From positions 1-64,000 of the forward strand of contig CAXBQP010000006.1 of the NCBI GenBank assembly GCA_963978095.1: 64,000 nucleotides of DNA. Reading direction: 5' to 3'. The stretch comes from an uncultured bacterium. GTDB lineage: Bacteria > Gemmatimonadota > Gemmatimonadetes > Gemmatimonadales > Gemmatimonadaceae. This document shows, one piece after another, positions 59,452-64,000 of this stretch (its first letter is position 1; the number at the start of each line of letters is the position of its first letter). Position numbers and translations under genes: made by a program. The notes beneath the pieces were generated by a model. It had not been told where the DNA came from, ran no database searches, and worked only from the letters and a program-made list of their open reading frames with translations.

Positions 59452-61028
59452 GGATTGCGGATGAGCTCGGTGAGCTGCAGGGTGGCACCGCTTGCCGTGA
59501 CCTCACGGCGTGCACCCACGTGATACGCCGACAAGGCGAAGTCAGGAGCGAGCGGGACGTGCGGCGCCCAAAGGTACCACACGCGGGCGGGACGGGACGC
59601 ATCCACCAGCAGCGATTCGGCCTCGATCATCGGCGGCAGATACCCGTGCGCTTCGTCGAGCGTGCGCCGCGAGGTCTTGGGGTCGAGTGCCGTGAGCCAC
59701 GCCCAGCCGAGCCACCGGGTCTTCACGATGATGGTCGAATCACCGGGTTGCAGCGCCATCATCGCTTTGTCGAGCACGCGGGCGAAGGCCGTGTACTGCA
59801 GGTTGTAGGCGAGCGCGTCATGTCCGTTCCCGCAGCACTCGTGTGAGATGCGCGTCACGCGGAACATGCGCTCCTGACCGATCGAGAACGTTCCCACCAC
59901 GAAACGCGTCACCGGGTCGAATGACCATCGCACCGACGCCAGAAGGCACGGCAGCCACAGCGCGACCGCCACCGTGCGCCACCGCCGCGGGATCCCCGCG
60001 TGCGACAGCGCCACCACGGCGCCGAGCATGAGAAACGGGAGGAACACGGTGTAGTAGCGCAGGTTGCTGTACGTCCGGTACGAGGTGATGACATACAGGC
60101 TGATCACCAGCGTCCAGATCAGGGCGCGCCAGCCCGTGGTCGGCGCCAGATCCGACCAGTGCCAACGCCGACGACGCACGGCGATCCATGCGCCGACCAC
60201 CGACAGCAGCGACGGCCACCACTGGAACTGCAGCACCGTCACCAGGAATGCCTGATTCAGGAGATGGCGACTCCAGAGATCCCACGGTCGGAAGTCCCGC
60301 AGGAGACCGGCCGTGCCGCGTGACGCCCCCCAGATGGTCGCCGAGTGCGCGGGGCTGAACAGCCCGGGACCGAAGACGATCGCGATGTACAGGAAGCCCG
60401 GGATCGCCAAGAGCATCGTGCGCCGCAGAAACCCCGGCTCGCGCAGCAGACTCCACCAGCTCACCGTCGCCGCCACGGCGTAAATGATGACCCCGGTTTC
60501 TTTCGCGAACGCGAGCAGTGTGCCGGCGATCACGATCTCCGGCACGTGCCGGCGCACCAGTCCGCTCAGGAGCCACATCCCCCACGCGAGCATCGCCGTG
60601 TCGACATTCGGCTGCAGCACGGCGGCGAGCACGGCCGGATGAATCGCCACCGCGATCACCAGCATCGCGCGGATCCGACGATCCGCCTCGGACGGGAGCG
60701 CGGCGGTGAGCACGCGTGCCCAGCCCGCCAGCGCCACGAGCCCGAGGACGAGCTGCGGTGCGAACAACGGCATCGCCCCGGGCACCGTCCCGAGGCGCGA
60801 GAGCAGCATCGGGAACGTCCACGAGAGCGACACATGCGTGGCGCAGCGCTCGATGCTCGGAGGCACATCCGCCAAGCACCGCGCATAGACCCACCCATCC
60901 CAGAACGGGACGATCCCGCGGTGCGGCCACAACAATCCCACCATCAACACAAACCCCAGCGCCACACTGCCGACCGCCCAGCGACGGGCGGCGGGATCCG
61001 GCGATGGGCTCGGGAGCGGGTGCGCCAT
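59448..61028 (-). CDS. Polytopic membrane protein, possible GT-C fold
   Basis: PFWDG after TM1, PNVD, FAKETG, LRYY; multi-TM. Confidence 0.6.
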   Translation of the reverse strand: MAHPLPSPSPDPAARRWAVGSVALGFVLMVGLLWPHRGIVPFWDGWVYARCLADVPPSIERCATHVSLSWTFPMLLSRLGTVPGAMPLFAPQLVLGLVALAGWARVLTAALPSEADRRIRAMLVIAVAIHPAVLAAVLQPNVDTAMLAWGMWLLSGLVRRHVPEIVIAGTLLAFAKETGVIIYAVAATVSWWSLLREPGFLRRTMLLAIPGFLYIAIVFGPGLFSPAHSATIWGASRGTAGLLRDFRPWDLWSRHLLNQAFLVTVLQFQWWPSLLSVVGAWIAVRRRRWHWSDLAPTTGWRALIWTLVISLYVITSYRTYSNLRYYTVFLPFLMLGAVVALSHAGIPRRWRTVAVALWLPCLLASVRWSFDPVTRFVVGTFSIGQERMFRVTRISHECCGNGHDALAYNLQYTAFARVLDKAMMALQPGDSTIIVKTRWLGWAWLTALDPKTSRRTLDEAHGYLPPMIEAESLLVDASRPARVWYLWAPHVPLAPDFALSAYHVGARREVTASGATLQLTELIRNP

Positions 61029-61036
61029 GCCCAATA

Positions 61037-61504
61037 CTACGCCATGGGAAGCAGATGCACCGGAGCGCCCACGCGTACGGTCCCTTCCACGCGCACCCGC
61101 GCGTAGATCCGACTCCACCCGGGGTGTGTCTTGTGCCCGATACGTCCGGACCGCCCATCGTGGAACGATCCGGCGATGGTCGCGCACGGCTGAGCCCATT
61201 CCGTGCACTCGAGTTCCACGCCCCCGATGTCGAACCGCACGCCGGGCACCACCGCGTCCCAGTCGAGCCCCGCCACGGTCAGGTTCTCGCCGGTGGTCCC
61301 GATGTCGATCGGGTGGCCCTCGGCTTGCAGCGCCTGAATGCGTTCGAGGGCGTACAGACACACCGCTTTGTCCGGTCCTCCGTGCCGATGGTACACGTGG
61401 GCATCCAGGTCGAGACCATCCCGGGTGATGCGCACCTCCGGAATGGACAGCTTCGGGACGCCGCCCGCGGACCGATTGATCGATACGACGCGCGCGGGAC
61501 TCAT
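61037..61504 (-). CDS. MOSC domain protein (YiiM-like, short)
   Basis: GGVPK, HGGPDKAV, GENL, PC, G.YARV..EG. Confidence 0.88.
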   Translation of the reverse strand: MSPARVVSINRSAGGVPKLSIPEVRITRDGLDLDAHVYHRHGGPDKAVCLYALERIQALQAEGHPIDIGTTGENLTVAGLDWDAVVPGVRFDIGGVELECTEWAQPCATIAGSFHDGRSGRIGHKTHPGWSRIYARVRVEGTVRVGAPVHLLPMA

Positions 61505-62661
61505 ACCGGCACCACCGCCGCCACGAGTCGTACGGGGATCCCGCCGTTGCGGAAGGTGAGAATGTCGCGGAAGTCGAGTCCGACCTGTCGATCGAGCGCC
61601 CGATCGGCCGAGAGCACGCCGACCGTCCAGCCACGACACCGATCGCGCGCGACATGACCGAGTTGCGCGTACAGGTTGCGCAGGTCGTCACCGTCCCCCA
61701 CGCGTCCGCCATACGGGGGATTCACCAGCAACAGCCCGGGCCCCTCGGGGACCTCGATCGAGGACAACGCTCGCTGGAAGATGCGCAGATTGTCGACCAC
61801 GCCGGCCCGTTCCGCATTGGCCAGCGCAGCCTCGGCCGCCCCACGGTCACGGTCGGACGCGAGGATCGGCTGCGGGGCGTGCGGGATCATGAGCGCGGCC
61901 GCTTTCTCGCGGACCGCCGCCGCTCCGGGACGTTTGCCCGCCACGGGCCAGTGCTCGCAACGGAAGGTGCGGCCCAGCCCTGGCGCCATCTGCCGCGCGA
62001 TCAGCGCGCCTTCAATCGGGATCGTGCCAGCACCGCACATCGCGTCGACCAATGGCACGGATCCATCGTAGCCCAGGGCCAGCAACATCGCTGCGGCCAG
62101 CGTCTCGCGCATCGGCGCCTTGGCCGTTGCCAGTCGGTAGCCCCGACGGTGCAGCAACTCGCCCGAGCTGTCGGCACTGATCGTGCAGACGTCGCGGAGG
62201 ACGCGCACCACGAAGAGTTGCGCCGGACCGGCATCACTCTCGTCCGACTCGTCCTCGTCGGCGCCGCGCGCGGCGCGCACCCCCTTCACGCGCGCAGTGA
62301 TCGCACCCATCACGCGCTCCGCGACGGCATCGGAGTGATAGAGGATGGACTTCTTGCACGTCACGCGCAGCCGCACCGCATCACCCGGTGCAACGAACTC
62401 CTCCCACGGCACCGATTTGGCGAGCCGCTCGAGTTCGCTGAACGCCGTCGCCCGGAACTGGGCCACGCGCACGATCACCCGCGACACGCTGCGCAGCCGC
62501 AGGTTGCACCGCAGGAGCGCCCGGTCGTCCGCCGTGAAGGTGACGCCGCCTTCAGTCACCGTGAGATCCGAGACCGACAGCTGCGACAACTCGGTCGCCG
62601 CAATGTGTTCGAGCCCCGGCGCGACCGAGGCAAAGCACGCGCGACGCGTCGGTGCGGTCAC
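61501..62661 (-). CDS. THUMP domain class I SAM-dependent RNA methyltransferase (RlmL/YpsC-like)
   Basis: PGLE, DSSGELLHRRGYR, APMRETLAAA, DAMCGAGT, NPPYG. Confidence 0.9.
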   Translation of the reverse strand: MTAPTRRACFASVAPGLEHIAATELSQLSVSDLTVTEGGVTFTADDRALLRCNLRLRSVSRVIVRVAQFRATAFSELERLAKSVPWEEFVAPGDAVRLRVTCKKSILYHSDAVAERVMGAITARVKGVRAARGADEDESDESDAGPAQLFVVRVLRDVCTISADSSGELLHRRGYRLATAKAPMRETLAAAMLLALGYDGSVPLVDAMCGAGTIPIEGALIARQMAPGLGRTFRCEHWPVAGKRPGAAAVREKAAALMIPHAPQPILASDRDRGAAEAALANAERAGVVDNLRIFQRALSSIEVPEGPGLLLVNPPYGGRVGDGDDLRNLYAQLGHVARDRCRGWTVGVLSADRALDRQVGLDFRDILTFRNGGIPVRLVAAVVPV

Positions 62662-63308
62662 GCCGCCGCCGCGCGCTTCACCTGCCACTTCCACAGACGG
62701 TAGGCGTAGAGGACGACGAAGAACGCCGCGAACATCGCCGGCTCCTCGATGTCCTTCTTGACCGACATCCAGTAATGCATCACACCCAGGATCCCGATGG
62801 GATACACCAACATGTGCAGGCGTCGCCAGTTCTTCCCGCCGAGGCGGCGGATCATCGCCGCGGTGGAGGTGACGGTCAACGGAACCATCAGCACGAGTCC
62901 GGCCATGCCGATCATGATGTACGGCCGCTTCACCAGGTCCTTGACCAGGTCGTTCCAGTCGAACTGCACGTCGAGCAACGCGTAGGCGATCCAGTGGAGC
63001 ATCACGTAGCCGAACGCGAAGAGCCCCATCGTGCGCCGATGCTTGGCCAGCCAGTTCCACCCCAGCACTTGGCGCAGCGGGGTGACCGCAACGGTGGCGA
63101 TGAGGAAACGCAGCGTCCACTCCCCGAGGAAGTGTTCCGTTTCCTTGACGGGATTGCTCCCGAGCAGACTGGTGCTCCCCGCGACATCCGAGACCAACGC
63201 GCCGATCGCGACGACACCCGGGATGCAGGACGCCACGATGAGTCCGACCGGGAACCACGCGGGTTCCCGGAACGCGCGCAGGCGGTCGTAGCGATCGCGC
63301 CAGCTCAT
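62658..63308 (-). CDS. msrQ: Protein-methionine-sulfoxide reductase heme-binding subunit
   Basis: GEWTL, VTPLR, RRTMGL..F.Y..LH, KRPYI, WRRLH..VY...HY. Confidence 0.92.
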   Translation of the reverse strand: MSWRDRYDRLRAFREPAWFPVGLIVASCIPGVVAIGALVSDVAGSTSLLGSNPVKETEHFLGEWTLRFLIATVAVTPLRQVLGWNWLAKHRRTMGLFAFGYVMLHWIAYALLDVQFDWNDLVKDLVKRPYIMIGMAGLVLMVPLTVTSTAAMIRRLGGKNWRRLHMLVYPIGILGVMHYWMSVKKDIEEPAMFAAFFVVLYAYRLWKWQVKRAAAA

Positions 63309-63345
63309 GCGGGGCCGCCGTCAGCAGCGAGTCGCGGCCACACGA

Positions 63346-64000
63346 TCAAAAATTCTTCCGGAGATCCATCCCCGCGTACATCGCCCCCACCTGCTCCGCG
63401 TAGCCGTTGAACATCAGCGTCTTGCGACGGCGGAGTTTGTCCAGCCCGGTGAGGCCCAAGCGGCGCTCCGTGGCCTGACTCCACCGCGGATGATCGACCT
63501 CCGGATTCACATTGGAGTAGAACCCGTACTCCGACGGATTCGCGATCTGCCACGTGTTCCTCGGCTGCTGTTCCACGAAGCGGAGCCGCACGATCGACTT
63601 GATCCCCTTGAAGCCGTACTTCCAGGGAACCACCAGGCGCAGTGGGGCACCATTCTGGTTCGGCAGATCGCGACCATAGACGCCCGTGGCGAGCATCGTC
63701 AACGGATGCATCGCTTCGTCCAGACGCAGTCCCTCCACGTACGGCCAATCGAGCACGCCGCTCTGCTGACCCGGCATCCGCTTGGGATCGTACAGGGTGG
63801 TGAACTCCACGTACTTGGCCTTGGCGGTCGGCGCCGCGCGCTTGATCACGTCGGCCAGCGGGATGCCGCGCCACGGGATCACCATGGACCACGCCTCCAC
63901 GCAGCGATGCCGATAGATACGATCCTCCACCACGCTCGGCTTGAGGAAATCCTCGAGCTGGTAATCCCCCGGCTTCGCCACGAGCCCGTCGACTTTGACC
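63346..64000 (-). CDS. msrP: Protein-methionine-sulfoxide reductase catalytic subunit (5' part outside window)
   Basis: [52 protein letters not shown]. Confidence 0.95.
   Translation of the reverse strand, partial: VKVDGLVAKPGDYQLEDFLKPSVVEDRIYRHRCVEAWSMVIPWRGIPLADVIKRAAPTAKAKYVEFTTLYDPKRMPGQQSGVLDWPYVEGLRLDEAMHPLTMLATGVYGRDLPNQNGAPLRLVVPWKYGFKGIKSIVRLRFVEQQPRNTWQIANPSEYGFYSNVNPEVDHPRWSQATERRLGLTGLDKLRRRKTLMFNGYAEQVGAMYAGMDLRKNF

Noticed and set aside
63305..63345. Tiny ORF between msrP and msrQ overlapping the msrQ start
   Set aside because: About 12 codons with no supporting features; probably spacer.
1..64000. Mobile elements, prophage, defence systems, rRNA or tRNA
   Set aside because: No integrase, transposase, phage, cas or RT motifs recognised, and no large compositional island.

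Overview
High-GC bacterial chromosome segment; gene content and sequence style suggest a Gemmatimonadota metagenome contig (inference). Bases 1-53 are Illumina TruSeq adapter, not genome. About 58 densely packed genes, mostly housekeeping: TldD/TldE, OlsB/OlsA-like acyltransferases, ECF sigma/anti-sigma, rnhA, squalene synthase, thyX, DUF1800/DUF1501, rho, cydAB, nadABC, copper chaperones, a BMP-type ABC transporter, glycosyltransferases, NDH-2, SSS symporter, PIG-L deacetylase, sucA, a Ser/Thr kinase and msrPQ. I found no CRISPR array, rRNA, tRNA, transposase or prophage gene. Best candidates for undescribed biology: (1) a 99-aa DHp/HisKA-only protein coupled between NDH-2 and an ANTAR response regulator; (2) a locus mixing a SCO-PCuAC fusion, CtaG and CopD with nadBAC, cydAB and a 6-Cys miniprotein; (3) a UGM-like flavoenzyme/GT2/GT-C cassette; (4) Rho with a long Q/G/H/R-rich disordered N-terminus and a structured leader; (5) recurring TANNNT -10 boxes just upstream of start codons, suggesting leaderless mRNAs. 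All calls come from motif recognition by eye; no searches were run.
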